NCBI GenBank assembly: GCA_963819815.1
Contig: CAWFXL010000001.1
Location: 992,001 to 1,056,000 of the forward strand
Length of the DNA: 64,000 nucleotides
Reading direction: 5' to 3'
DNA from: an uncultured bacterium
GTDB lineage: Bacteria; Babelota; Babeliae; Babelales; Babelaceae
The notes below the pieces were generated by a model. The model saw nothing but the letters and a program-made list of their open reading frames with translations, made no database searches and was not told the origin of the DNA. Position 1 is the first letter of the stretch, and each line of letters opens with the position of its first letter. The position numbers and the translations under genes are program-made. Below are positions 40,363-50,236 of this stretch, piece after piece.

Positions 40363-42821
40363 AAATGTTCATTGCCATGACCCTTTTGATGAGCCTCGGT
40401 ATGAGCAAGAGCATAGCGGGATTTATCAATCTAGATGAGCAACAGCGCTACGCAGCATCGGTGCCTGAGTTTCCTCAGGAATCTCCCGAATCGGGCTACC
40501 AGAAACTCTACGCCTCACTGACCCCAAGCTGGTTACATAGGACACTTTCACAGATCGGTTTGAGAAAAAAGCCCGCATGGAAACCCTCAGATGCAAACTT
40601 GATCATATCAAGTACCTATGAACTTCTTACTAAAACTTCCTCCAACCCGAAGGTAACACTCACGCTCTTACCAGATTCTGAATGTATCGTTTTTGGTGGC
40701 GTTCGAGGTGCCTTTCATTCGCTTACTCGCGCATTACATGATCTTCAAAAACGAGGAATAATTGACACTACCTATAGGCTCAAACCGGGTGTGTATATGG
40801 TATTTCTTGGCGATACACTCGACTATTCTGCGTATGCTCTTGAAACGCTAAGCCTTATCCTTACTCTGCAGAAAGCAAATACTCGGCAAGTTGTTTTCCT
40901 GGCTGGGCACGTAGAATCAAATCAAACATGGCACAGCTCTGGCTTACACAAAGAGCTTATCTTGAGACTTCCTAACCAAATCGCTGAACTTACTAAAAAG
41001 ATCGATACCATCTTTTCAAAGCTCCCAAGAGAACTCCTCGTTCGTCTCGAAGGCACCTCAGACTCTCTTCTCTTTTCCGCTTTTACAAAAGAGCACGAAC
41101 AAGGAGTATCTGCCATTATAACGAGCGATGAAAAAGCTCCTTCTTACCATGAAGGCCAAGGTCTCTATAAGAAGGTTCCTCAAGAAGGGCCTATTACCTG
41201 GCAAGTGGTCTCCTCCCCCATCAGAGAGTATCGTATGAAGCATAGATTTTTCTATGATGCCTATGCGCTTATACAGCTCTCAACAACTCTTAAGGAAAGT
41301 ATCATTTCACTGTATGCAAGCAAGGGAACTGTTCCTTTCACACTCAGTGCTACCTACAATCTGCTTACCGGAACAGTTCTTACTCGTGGTCGTGCATTCC
41401 CCACCATGCATCATACTCCAAATCCCCTTTCAGCTCAGGAGCGTGCATTACATATTTCTACACTCAAAGAACTGACTGATAACCTGCAAAATGAACTAGC
41501 ATCGCTTACTATACAGATAGACCTACCCCAAAGTGATAGTGCTGCACCGACTATCGAGTTACCACCGCTTATTAAGAAACTGGCTGAGGGTGCTTCCCTC
41601 ACTCCTCAGGAAATGGATGAGGCACTTTCAGACATTGAATTTCTATACAATACCCTCAGCACCGAGATGATACATCTCCGTTCCTTAGCGCAAAAAAATG
41701 GGCTCAAGCTTGCATCACCTACCTCCTCAGACTCCAAGACTACGATCACCCTTGGATCGTCTCTTGATCTTTCAAAGAGCGCTAAAGGGCTGGGAATTCC
41801 CTTCAAAACGGGCATGTCGTTAAAAGTCCATGAGCAAAATCGTGCAGGTGGAATCCATGGTAAGCGAGCACATATTATTTTCCTTGATGACGCTTATCGT
41901 CCCGCACTTGCCGAGAAAAATATTGAAACGTTCCTCTCTGTTGATCATACTCCTTTTATTCTTGCACCAGTAGGCAGCCCAACCCTTGCAGCATCACTTG
42001 ATCTTATTGAACAGAAAAAAATACTTGTCCTGTTTCCACAAAGTGGTTCTCTTCTTTTTAGAAAACCTTTGCTTACCCATGTGATTAACTTCAGAGCCTC
42101 GTTTCATGATGAAGGGCGTCTACTTACCGAGTTTGTCATCGAAAAATATCGATCTAAAAAGTTTGTCTTCTTCTACCAAGATGATGAGTTTGGCACAGGA
42201 GTTCTAGAAGGGGCAAAAGATGCACTCAAAACTATGAAGAATACTCAAGCAACAGAAGTCGGCTACCAAGCAAATACCACGAGCTTCGAATCATTAGCAA
42301 CTAAAATAAAAGAAGCAAATCCCGATGCTATAGGTCTCTTTGCCACAGGTCCTGCCGTGTTACAACTTATTCGGGACCTTGGCGTTGAGTTTCTCGCCAA
42401 CAAGATTCTCTTTGCCGTCTCCTCAGTTGGAGATGCAGTAACCAAAAAAGTCTTACAAGAGCGGGGCATCTCTCTTATTATGGGCCAAGTGGTTCCCGAC
42501 CTAACGACAAGCACCCTACCTATCGTTGTGGAGTATCGCAAGGAACTTGCAGCCCAGGGACTTAAGGAAGATGTATTTGGTCTTGAGGCATATATCAACA
42601 CAAGTCTGACCTTCAATGCGATGAACTCGGTAAGCGAACCGATAACGATGAGTAAGCTGATCGAACATTTTGAGCAGATGAAACAGTATGAGTATAAAGG
42701 GTTAACCCTTACGTTTGATCCCAAGTCCCGTTCATTAGGACAGAATATGTGGATTATTAATAAAAATGGAACTGCGCACGAAATGAAGATAGGAGGTTCT
42801 CATGAAAAAGGTACTCCCTAG
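40359..42821 (+). CDS. Exported fusion: degenerate PPP phosphatase domain + helical linker + type I periplasmic-binding (LIVBP/Venus flytrap) domain
   Basis: IVFGGVRG, VFLGDTLDYS, ALETLSLILTLQKAN..QVVFLAGHVE; then ITLGSSLDLS, N.AGGIHGK....IFLDDAY.P, APVGSPT, FRASFHDE, FFYQDDEFG, NPDAI. Confidence 0.85.
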   Translation: MKMFIAMTLLMSLGMSKSIAGFINLDEQQRYAASVPEFPQESPESGYQKLYASLTPSWLHRTLSQIGLRKKPAWKPSDANLIISSTYELLTKTSSNPKVTLTLLPDSECIVFGGVRGAFHSLTRALHDLQKRGIIDTTYRLKPGVYMVFLGDTLDYSAYALETLSLILTLQKANTRQVVFLAGHVESNQTWHSSGLHKELILRLPNQIAELTKKIDTIFSKLPRELLVRLEGTSDSLLFSAFTKEHEQGVSAIITSDEKAPSYHEGQGLYKKVPQEGPITWQVVSSPIREYRMKHRFFYDAYALIQLSTTLKESIISLYASKGTVPFTLSATYNLLTGTVLTRGRAFPTMHHTPNPLSAQERALHISTLKELTDNLQNELASLTIQIDLPQSDSAAPTIELPPLIKKLAEGASLTPQEMDEALSDIEFLYNTLSTEMIHLRSLAQKNGLKLASPTSSDSKTTITLGSSLDLSKSAKGLGIPFKTGMSLKVHEQNRAGGIHGKRAHIIFLDDAYRPALAEKNIETFLSVDHTPFILAPVGSPTLAASLDLIEQKKILVLFPQSGSLLFRKPLLTHVINFRASFHDEGRLLTEFVIEKYRSKKFVFFYQDDEFGTGVLEGAKDALKTMKNTQATEVGYQANTTSFESLATKIKEANPDAIGLFATGPAVLQLIRDLGVEFLANKILFAVSSVGDAVTKKVLQERGISLIMGQVVPDLTTSTLPIVVEYRKELAAQGLKEDVFGLEAYINTSLTFNAMNSVSEPITMSKLIEHFEQMKQYEYKGLTLTFDPKSRSLGQNMWIINKNGTAHEMKIGGSHEKGTP

Positions 42822-43845
42822 TTCTAATGGAGTCTCGCTCCATTTTCAGGTGGCGAGTCTTTTCCTGACCTTAGTCATGATCATTTCACTCGTACTTCTT
42901 CAGATAAAGAAGTTCTGCGCCGCAGATACTGCTCCACATATCTCACCGGTAACGCCAAAAAGCTTGCAGCATGGTGCTGTTGCAACACCCACCAAAGTAA
43001 CCGTTGGATTAACGATTACCGATTTTCCTTCATTTGATGTTGCGCGCAACGACTTTGAATTCTCGGGAATAATTTGGTTCTCATTCGATCCTGCATTGGT
43101 AAACTTAAAAACAATTGAAAAATTCAGTTTTGTAAAGGGGGAGATTAAGTACATTTCAGAACCGAGTACTCAGCTTGAAGATGATAGACTCACCGTTCGA
43201 TACCGTATACGAGTCTCCTTTAAAACCAATCTCTACTATGGCTACTTCCCATTTGAAGATCATACGCTCTATCTCATGCTCTCAAATGCCTCAGTAAACC
43301 CTGATGAGGTCATCTTTGAGTCAACCTATGCAAATGTCATTATGGACAACCCATATGTCAATGGATGGGACTACAAGGATCATCAGGTAACAACTGGGTT
43401 TAGTACGGTACCGCTAGGCATCGGTCAAAAAGGAAAAGAAGTTGTCTACCCATCAGTTCTCTTTACCTTCGAGTTTTATCACCATAGTATACGCTATCTT
43501 ATGAGCATACTTTTACCCCTGCTAATCATTTTCCTCATAGATCTTTTTTCGCTCTGCTTTGATCAGCGAAAAGAACGGGACATTTTGGTTACGATGACTA
43601 CGGCAAATATTGCAGCATTGGTCGCCTATCGATTTGTACTTGAATCACTCACACCAAAAGTAGGATATCCTACGATTGCCGATTATTTCTTTTTCCTCTT
43701 TCTGAGCAACACCTTTATGATATTTATGATAAATTGCGTCGGCCCTTACTTAACCCGTCGCCAAAAGAAGATCATCAGTATCGTTGTTCAGGTATTCGTT
43801 GTGCTCACTATCGCTTTCCTACTGAGAACGTGGCTCCCTTGCTAA
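42802..43845 (+). CDS. Prokaryotic pentameric ligand-gated ion channel (GLIC/ELIC, Pro-loop receptor family)
   Basis: PTKVTVGLTI..F..FDV...F...G.IWF, Pro-loop YFPFEDHTL, GW, M1 YLMSILLPLLII, M2-M3 loop LTPKVGYPTIADYF, M4. AGGAGG SD; overlaps the upstream gene by 20 bp. Confidence 0.9.
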   Translation: MKKVLPSSNGVSLHFQVASLFLTLVMIISLVLLQIKKFCAADTAPHISPVTPKSLQHGAVATPTKVTVGLTITDFPSFDVARNDFEFSGIIWFSFDPALVNLKTIEKFSFVKGEIKYISEPSTQLEDDRLTVRYRIRVSFKTNLYYGYFPFEDHTLYLMLSNASVNPDEVIFESTYANVIMDNPYVNGWDYKDHQVTTGFSTVPLGIGQKGKEVVYPSVLFTFEFYHHSIRYLMSILLPLLIIFLIDLFSLCFDQRKERDILVTMTTANIAALVAYRFVLESLTPKVGYPTIADYFFFLFLSNTFMIFMINCVGPYLTRRQKKIISIVVQVFVVLTIAFLLRTWLPC

Positions 43846-43911
43846 CAAGTCCTAGGTTGCTGTCACCATCTCAGCTCGCGATTGAGTCAGACCATATTTC
43901 AGAGACGTTAC

Positions 43912-43936
43912 TACTCAGTCACTCGTTGACTGAGTA
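43912..43936. other. Inverted repeat downstream of the pLGIC operon
   Basis: TACTCAGTCA-CTCGT-TGACTGAGTA. Confidence 0.4.
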
Positions 43937-44046
43937 AGCCTACAGCTCAGTGAGCTTACTGCTTTTGACCCAACGTGCAAATATCCTTATACTGTAGCTA
44001 ACTATACATGTTGAACCTATAGGCCTAAACAGCTCTGAGAACCGCG

Positions 44047-44790
44047 ATGATTAACTTAGCATTTGCAGAATTCTTATTTGCGCTCATATTGCTCGTTGTT
44101 GCCTATTTTATTTCGCAAACGATCAATGGGTTTCTCCAAGCCACCATCATTAATGCATTGGGCGACTCAACAGCAAAAGACGAAGGCTACCAGTCTCTCA
44201 ATCCTCTTGATCACATTGATACCTTTGGCTTTCTTGCACTTATCATCCTAGGTATAGGATGGCTCCAAACCGTGCCTATTGATCCCTACTCCTTTACCGG
44301 CTCATATCGGTATTTGAGGCTCCTTATTGCCTTTTCGGTCGAAGCTATTGTTAGTCTTTGCCTTGCTACCGTTTCGTTATTTACGGCAGTGTACTTGTAT
44401 GGATATCCTCTTACGATTAAACTTGTGCTGAAGTTGTTTACCTATTACAGCAAGTTCTTCTTGCTGTTTCTTTCTTCAACGTCAACACTCAACATCGCAT
44501 CCGTATTCTCCGAGAATCCATCAACAACCGCTATTGTTTTCGCTTTTTTATTGGTATCGATGGTGTATCTTAATATCTTGGTTGCGACCATTAGCTTTAT
44601 TTTTAATGGGTTTCGTTATCTCCTTGTGCTCGGATTTGAGCAAGGGTACTCCTATATGGACTATGCAGATTATCTTGCGATTCTTGGACCCTTTCTCGTC
44701 GTGTATGTATTTGGTGACCAGCTGGTATACTTCTTATTGAGACTCACTGAATGGGGAGCTTGTCATATCGCGTGTCTTTTTGGTGTTTAA
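44047..44790 (+). CDS. Site-2 protease (M50)-like membrane protein lacking the HExxH and NPDG motifs
   Basis: [24 protein letters not shown]...[15 protein letters not shown] matches M50/YwhC-like sequences, but the HExxH position reads NGFLQ. Confidence 0.7.
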   Translation: MINLAFAEFLFALILLVVAYFISQTINGFLQATIINALGDSTAKDEGYQSLNPLDHIDTFGFLALIILGIGWLQTVPIDPYSFTGSYRYLRLLIAFSVEAIVSLCLATVSLFTAVYLYGYPLTIKLVLKLFTYYSKFFLLFLSSTSTLNIASVFSENPSTTAIVFAFLLVSMVYLNILVATISFIFNGFRYLLVLGFEQGYSYMDYADYLAILGPFLVVYVFGDQLVYFLLRLTEWGACHIACLFGV

Positions 44791-44800
44791 TGAGGATAAG

Positions 44801-45985
44801 ATGGATCAATTTACTGCCTTAAAAGCAGGAACCGCTCAGATCATTCCTGAGGAAGAGTTTAAGAAGAAGCTTGCCTCGGGCAAAAGGTTACGCATTAAAC
44901 TAGGTGCTGATCCTACAGCGCCAGATCTCCATCTTGGTCATGCCGTAGCCCTTTCTAAATTACGTCAATTTCAAGATCTTGGTCATGAAGTAATTTTCCT
45001 TATTGGAGATTTCACCGCACGGATTGGCGACCCTTCAGGCCGTTCAAAGACTCGCCCACCGCTTACTGATGAGCAGATCATGGCTAATACCCAAACCTAT
45101 TTTGCTCAGGTCAGCAAAATCTTAGATCCAGCAAAGACGGTTGTCCGCTATAATTCTGAGTGGAGCGATAAACTTTCCGCGCGCGACTTTGTGGCGCTCT
45201 GCAGCAAGACTACTCTTGCACGGCTCATTGAACGTGAAGACTTTGCTAACCGTATGGCAGCACATCAACCTATCGGGTTTCATGAGCTTTTGTACCCCCT
45301 TCTTCAAGGATACGATTCAGTAGCTCTCGAAGCTGACGTTGAACTAGGAGGAACTGACCAAACATTTAACTTACTTATGGGGCGCTTTCTTCAAGAACAG
45401 TGGGGACAAAATCCGCAAGCAGTTATGACACTTCCTCTTCTTGAAGGGCTCGATGGCGTACAGAAGATGTCAAAGTCGTATGGTAACGCAATCGGTCTTG
45501 CAGAGCCAGCTGACCAGGCCTATGGCAAGCTTATGTCACTTTCTGATGATCTTATGTGGCGCTACTACGAAGTGCTCCTGCATGCTACTGAGCAGGATAT
45601 TAAGAAGATGAAGGAATCAATTGCGATGCAAGGGATCAACCCGATGGATCTTAAAAAGAAGATGGCTCATCAGGTGATAGCTCGCTTTTGGAGTCCTCAA
45701 GAGGCTCAGCAAGCGCAAGAAATGTTTGAAGAGCTCTTTCAAAAGAAAGACTATTCTCATGCTCAAGAAATATCCTGCGAACCCTTCCTTGGTAAGGAGG
45801 CCTGGATCGTAGATATATTGAAGTTTCTAAAAGCGGTAGAAAGTACTAGTGATGCACGTCGTCTCATCGAGGCGGGTGCGGTCGCACTGGATGACAAGAA
45901 AGTAACCGACTTTAAGATGCAGTTAGCGCTTGCACCTGGCATGCTTATTAAGGTAGGTAAGCATAGATTTTATAAGGTAGTGTAA
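44801..45985 (+). CDS. tyrS: Tyrosine--tRNA ligase
   Basis: [36 protein letters not shown]4 domain. Start re-called at ATG 44801. Confidence 0.97.
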   Translation: MDQFTALKAGTAQIIPEEEFKKKLASGKRLRIKLGADPTAPDLHLGHAVALSKLRQFQDLGHEVIFLIGDFTARIGDPSGRSKTRPPLTDEQIMANTQTYFAQVSKILDPAKTVVRYNSEWSDKLSARDFVALCSKTTLARLIEREDFANRMAAHQPIGFHELLYPLLQGYDSVALEADVELGGTDQTFNLLMGRFLQEQWGQNPQAVMTLPLLEGLDGVQKMSKSYGNAIGLAEPADQAYGKLMSLSDDLMWRYYEVLLHATEQDIKKMKESIAMQGINPMDLKKKMAHQVIARFWSPQEAQQAQEMFEELFQKKDYSHAQEISCEPFLGKEAWIVDILKFLKAVESTSDARRLIEAGAVALDDKKVTDFKMQLALAPGMLIKVGKHRFYKVV

Positions 45986-46418
45986 GAAACCTCTTGCAGG
46001 AATTTGGTTCCAAGGAGCACCAATATTTGGCGCTTCCCCTCGGATGGTCTCATTTCCCTTTTGGAAATCATACCAATAGTTTATTCATGGCCGCAAGATA
46101 CAATGGCAAATCTCGCTTTGTTTTTGTTCAATCCTCTTGGGAGGCTCTTTCTCCAAAGCTCGCTCACGCAACATCCCCAGGCTTAACAAGCCGGCTAACA
46201 AGCCATGCAGTTTTCTGGCTATGGTAGTAAAGGGCTTAGAGTAAAAGCACAGTGTTCAACATCGCTGGTGGACACGATAATAAGTTGGTATATGAGGACG
46301 GAAAAACTGTCATTCACCATTGACAAGCTAACTCCTTTACCCTACCTTGCTAGTTAAACTTATGAAAAAGATACTGATGGTCAGCACAGTTCATTCATCA
46401 AAAAAAAGGGATCTCCTA

Positions 46419-47564
46419 ATGAATAAGATGAGAGTCGTTATACTTGCGTTTCTTGGTTTAACTTCTTTTGACTTACTTTCTATAAAGAAGGCCCTTATCA
46501 CTGGCATAACAGGGCAAGACGGCGCCTATCTCGCCGAATTCTTACTTGGTAAAGGATATGAAGTTCATGGGGTTATAAGACGTTCCTCTTTAATCAACAC
46601 CCATAGGATCGACCATCTTTATAAAGATAGACATGAGGCAGACCATGCGCTTTTTATCCTTCATTACGGAGATCTTACTGATTCAACAAACCTAATCCGG
46701 ATTATTAAGGAAGTAGAACCGGATGAGATATATAACCTTGCAGCACAGAGTCATGTAAAAGTGTCTTTTGAGACCCCCGAATATACGGCAAATGCTGATG
46801 GGATTGGAACTTTACGTTTATTGGAAGCTATTCGATTACTCAATTTGACACACAAAACAAAGTTTTATCAAGCTTCTACTAGTGAAATGTATGGCTTAGT
46901 ACAAGAGATTCCTCAAACTGAAAAAACCCCTTTTTATCCAAGGTCACCCTACGGTGTGGCAAAACTGTTTAGCTATTGGATTACCGTAAATTACCGAGAA
47001 GCATATACTATGTTTGCTTGCAATGGCATCTTATTTAATCATGAGTCAGAACAACGGGGAGAAACCTTCGTTACCCGGAAAATTACTATGGCTATTGCAC
47101 GGATTGCCAATAACTTACAAGAAACACTTTATCTTGGAAATCTAGACTCGAAGAGAGACTGGGGTTATGCAAGAGATTATGTAGAAGCAATGTGGCTTAT
47201 GTTACAACAGGATAAGCCTGAAGATTTTGTTATTGCTACAGGAGAGACGCATTCTGTCCGAGAATTTGTAGAGCGTGCGTTTAAAGAGGTAAACATCGAA
47301 ATTGAATGGCAAGGCACAGGGGTAAGGGAGATTGGAGTTGATAAAAAAACTCAAAAAACGCTTGTAAAAATTGATCCTCGATATTTTAGGCCAACTGAAG
47401 TTGATTTATTAATTGGAGATGCCTCAAAAGCCTTCAATAAGTTAGGCTGGAAACCAAAAACGTCCTTCGCTCAACTTGTTAAATTAATGATGGCTCATGA
47501 CATAACTGTAGTGAAAAATGATCCAAAAAAATTAGGCCTGCATCTTCAATCTCCTAAAAAGTAG
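46419..47564 (+). CDS. gmd: GDP-mannose 4,6-dehydratase with an N-terminal signal-peptide-like extension
   Basis: [64 protein letters not shown]; leader [21 protein letters not shown]. Confidence 0.95.
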   Translation: MNKMRVVILAFLGLTSFDLLSIKKALITGITGQDGAYLAEFLLGKGYEVHGVIRRSSLINTHRIDHLYKDRHEADHALFILHYGDLTDSTNLIRIIKEVEPDEIYNLAAQSHVKVSFETPEYTANADGIGTLRLLEAIRLLNLTHKTKFYQASTSEMYGLVQEIPQTEKTPFYPRSPYGVAKLFSYWITVNYREAYTMFACNGILFNHESEQRGETFVTRKITMAIARIANNLQETLYLGNLDSKRDWGYARDYVEAMWLMLQQDKPEDFVIATGETHSVREFVERAFKEVNIEIEWQGTGVREIGVDKKTQKTLVKIDPRYFRPTEVDLLIGDASKAFNKLGWKPKTSFAQLVKLMMAHDITVVKNDPKKLGLHLQSPKK

Positions 47565-47631
47565 GACAAAGGCTGGAACATTTTTTTTGAAGGCGGCACC
47601 ATCATCAAGTAAGCTGTACCCGTGCACTAGT

Positions 47632-47868
47632 TCAAAAAGTATTTCCTATAGCCTGAGTAAAGTTCTTTATTTGCTGAGCAGGTTTCCAATTCTTCAGACC
47701 AGTAGAATTTAAGAAGAGCATTTCCTCATTTGACTCAAGAGTATTTCTGACAAGAAAAGTTTTGCATACTCTTCGCCGCCCATATAATGCTATAAATTCA
47801 GGCCTAGGCGAATGATACGCACGCAATAATTCTTTTTGTTCTTTTCCCCTGCCAATAACTACTTTCAT
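47632..47868 (-). pseudogene. Truncated AAA ATPase (paralog of 21292-22728), N-terminal 78 aa only
   Basis: IGRGKEQKEL, FIALYGRRRVCKTFLV (Walker A G replaced by C), early stop, no downstream continuation seen. Confidence 0.8.
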
Positions 47869-47907
47869 AGATTTCTCCCAACTCCTAGCCTCTTTTGGCA
47901 CTCTTTG

Positions 47908-47955
47908 TATATGAAGCCGGATAAAGCAAAAAAATGTGTTATCCGGCTTCATATA
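47908..47955. promoter_or_regulatory. Perfect 17-bp inverted repeat upstream of the AAA ATPase remnant
   Basis: TATATGAAGCCGGATAA-N14-TTATCCGGCTTCATATA. Confidence 0.6.
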
Positions 47956-48028
47956 GTTTCAGCATGTGGAGCATAATAACACAAAAAAATGTTCCAACGG
48001 GCTATGGATCGTACAACTGGAGATAATT

Positions 48029-48724
48029 TTAGCCGCGAGAAATCGATGGAGTTTTGCCAGGCTTCCGTCTTCCCAACTGAACAAATGAGGCAACCTCTTC
48101 TGCAAGTACTGCAAATTGCTCAGGATCTGTCTCAAACTCTTTATCGCAGTCTAAGATAAGAACGGGTACATTTACAAGTTCGGCGAGCAGCCCCTTTTTA
48201 TGCACCAGAAAGTCTTCATGACATTCATGGATCTGCTGAACATAGGTAAGACTAATTACTTTTTCTGCAGACCTATCTCGAGCTTTAATGCGCTCATAAG
48301 CAACTTCAGGTGCAGTTCTCAAATAGATAAACCCTTGAGGAGGCATACATTTACCGGTAACTAAAAAGTTAAACCATTGTAGATAGACCTGCCATTCAAG
48401 TTCCGACAAAAATCCATTTTGGTAGCCATTGATTGCAAAGACATAATGACCAGAATAGATTGAGCGCTCCATCAAACGAAACGGATTAGGATTTTCTTGC
48501 TCTATAAGATGCTCTTTTACACGACAGGCCATGGCTAAAGTCTCCATCGTATAGGCCCATCGATGAGGATCTTTATAGAAATTTGCAAGTATAGACTGCC
48601 CATAAACCTTACTAAACCAGCTATTCATAGGCTCATATACTACTGCAATCTCTGGGAGCCTTTCTTGAATCAACTTGAGAAATGTGGTTTTCCCAGCACC
48701 AATATTACCTTCAACAATATACAT
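48029..48724 (-). CDS. Deoxynucleoside kinase
   Basis: VEGNIGAGKTT, YEP, FYKDP.RW, ERSIYS..YVFA, IYLR..PE...ERI..R.R..E. Confidence 0.93.
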   Translation of the reverse strand: MYIVEGNIGAGKTTFLKLIQERLPEIAVVYEPMNSWFSKVYGQSILANFYKDPHRWAYTMETLAMACRVKEHLIEQENPNPFRLMERSIYSGHYVFAINGYQNGFLSELEWQVYLQWFNFLVTGKCMPPQGFIYLRTAPEVAYERIKARDRSAEKVISLTYVQQIHECHEDFLVHKKGLLAELVNVPVLILDCDKEFETDPEQFAVLAEEVASFVQLGRRKPGKTPSISRG

Positions 48725-49006
48725 GACCTATCCTTTGGCCTAATACTATATAACCTCTCTCTTAAATAAGAGTACCACAGAACAGAAAAAGGTTCTATGC
48801 AAAAAGAATAGAAAGTACCTTCAAGTGGCGTATAGATACCTTTAGACAGAGGTCTATGAATGAAAGATCATGCATCTTTAGCTAAGAAGAGATTCTACAT
48901 ACTACGTGTACTTAATTTTCACATAATAAAGCAAAGATCGAACTGCTCACCGCTCAAAGATGAGTAGTAACATTGGGAAAGATACCTCTCTACAAAGATC
49001 GTTGCA

Positions 49007-50191
49007 TTACTTAGAGGAGGCTCCCCAGAGAGGCTTTGATGGCTTGAGCAGCATAAGGGACGCATGACCCTCAACGACAGTTCGCTCAATGGCGCCATTA
49101 ATACAGGTCATTAAAACATTCGTTATTTGGCCTGCTTCACGAGCTACCTCATACGGCTGCACCTGAGGGGCATTCCCGATAAGGATAAGCTCATCTCCCA
49201 CCTTTACGTCCGGAACATCTGACACATCAAAGGCTGCCAAATTCATACTGACGATGCCTGCAACAGGAACAATGTGGCCCTGAATAAGCGCTTTGCCTTT
49301 ATTTGAAAGAGCATGAGGATACCCATCCCAATAACCGATAGGCACCATGGCAATAGTGCTTGGCTTCGTGGTCGTAAAGGCAAGTTGATAGCCAACATTT
49401 GAGCCGGTTGGTAGCTGCTTTACTTGTATAATACGTGTTCGCCACTCAAGTATAGGAGACAGCGAAAAAGAAGGATCAACCTCTTTGACAAGTGCAATCT
49501 GCGAAGGATTTTTCCAGAGGCCATAGGCAGCAGCACCCACTCGCATAAATGAATACGTACGTTTTGGCTTAAGATGTAAGCTACTTGATGAAAGCGCATG
49601 GGTACAAGGAATCGCAATGCCTGCCGCTTCAAGATCATCCAGTACATCATCAAATTGTGCAAGTTGCCTATAACTATAATCATGATCTGCGTGACCTGTA
49701 TTGGAAAGATGCGTAAAGACCCCATACACTTTTAAAGAGGGCAGCTTCGCCATCTCATTAACAATTCTTACTGCCTGACTGGCAAGAATGCCTAGGCGTC
49801 CCATACCTGTATCGATTTTTACGTGAATAAAGGCCGTCTTACCCACCTTTTGTGCAGCAGCGGTAACGGCCTGTGCATCTTCCCATGAGCAAACTGCAAG
49901 ATGAAGCCCCTCTATAACCGCCTCTTCGAGATTCCCCTCAAGATAAGAAAGAACCACAATAGGCTTGGTTATCCCCTGAGTTCGTAGAAAAAGAGCTTCC
50001 TGTACCCCAGCAGTACAGAGCCAGCCAACTTCTGGGTGAGCTTGCGCAAGAGATGCTATTGGTAAGATCCCATGACCATAGGCATTGCTCTTAACGACAA
50101 TGGCAAGAGATGAATAGCCGCTAAGGTTAGCGATATGCGAAACATTTGAATTAAAAGCGGCTCGGCTCAGGGTCAGGGTCGTTCGTGTCAT
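49007..50191 (-). CDS. alr: Alanine racemase
   Basis: VVKSNAYGHG, HVKIDTGMGRLG, FTHL, R.G.A.YG, PIGYWDGY, G.VSMN. Confidence 0.93.
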   Translation of the reverse strand: MTRTTLTLSRAAFNSNVSHIANLSGYSSLAIVVKSNAYGHGILPIASLAQAHPEVGWLCTAGVQEALFLRTQGITKPIVVLSYLEGNLEEAVIEGLHLAVCSWEDAQAVTAAAQKVGKTAFIHVKIDTGMGRLGILASQAVRIVNEMAKLPSLKVYGVFTHLSNTGHADHDYSYRQLAQFDDVLDDLEAAGIAIPCTHALSSSSLHLKPKRTYSFMRVGAAAYGLWKNPSQIALVKEVDPSFSLSPILEWRTRIIQVKQLPTGSNVGYQLAFTTTKPSTIAMVPIGYWDGYPHALSNKGKALIQGHIVPVAGIVSMNLAAFDVSDVPDVKVGDELILIGNAPQVQPYEVAREAGQITNVLMTCINGAIERTVVEGHASLMLLKPSKPLWGASSK

Positions 50192-50236
50192 AGTTGGTTT
50201 GGCAGCCAAGGCTCATGCTTGGCTGCCTTATACTCG

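Noticed and set aside
45994..46227. Small ORFs between tyrS and gmd
   Set aside because: TTG starts without SD and no recognisable motif on either strand.
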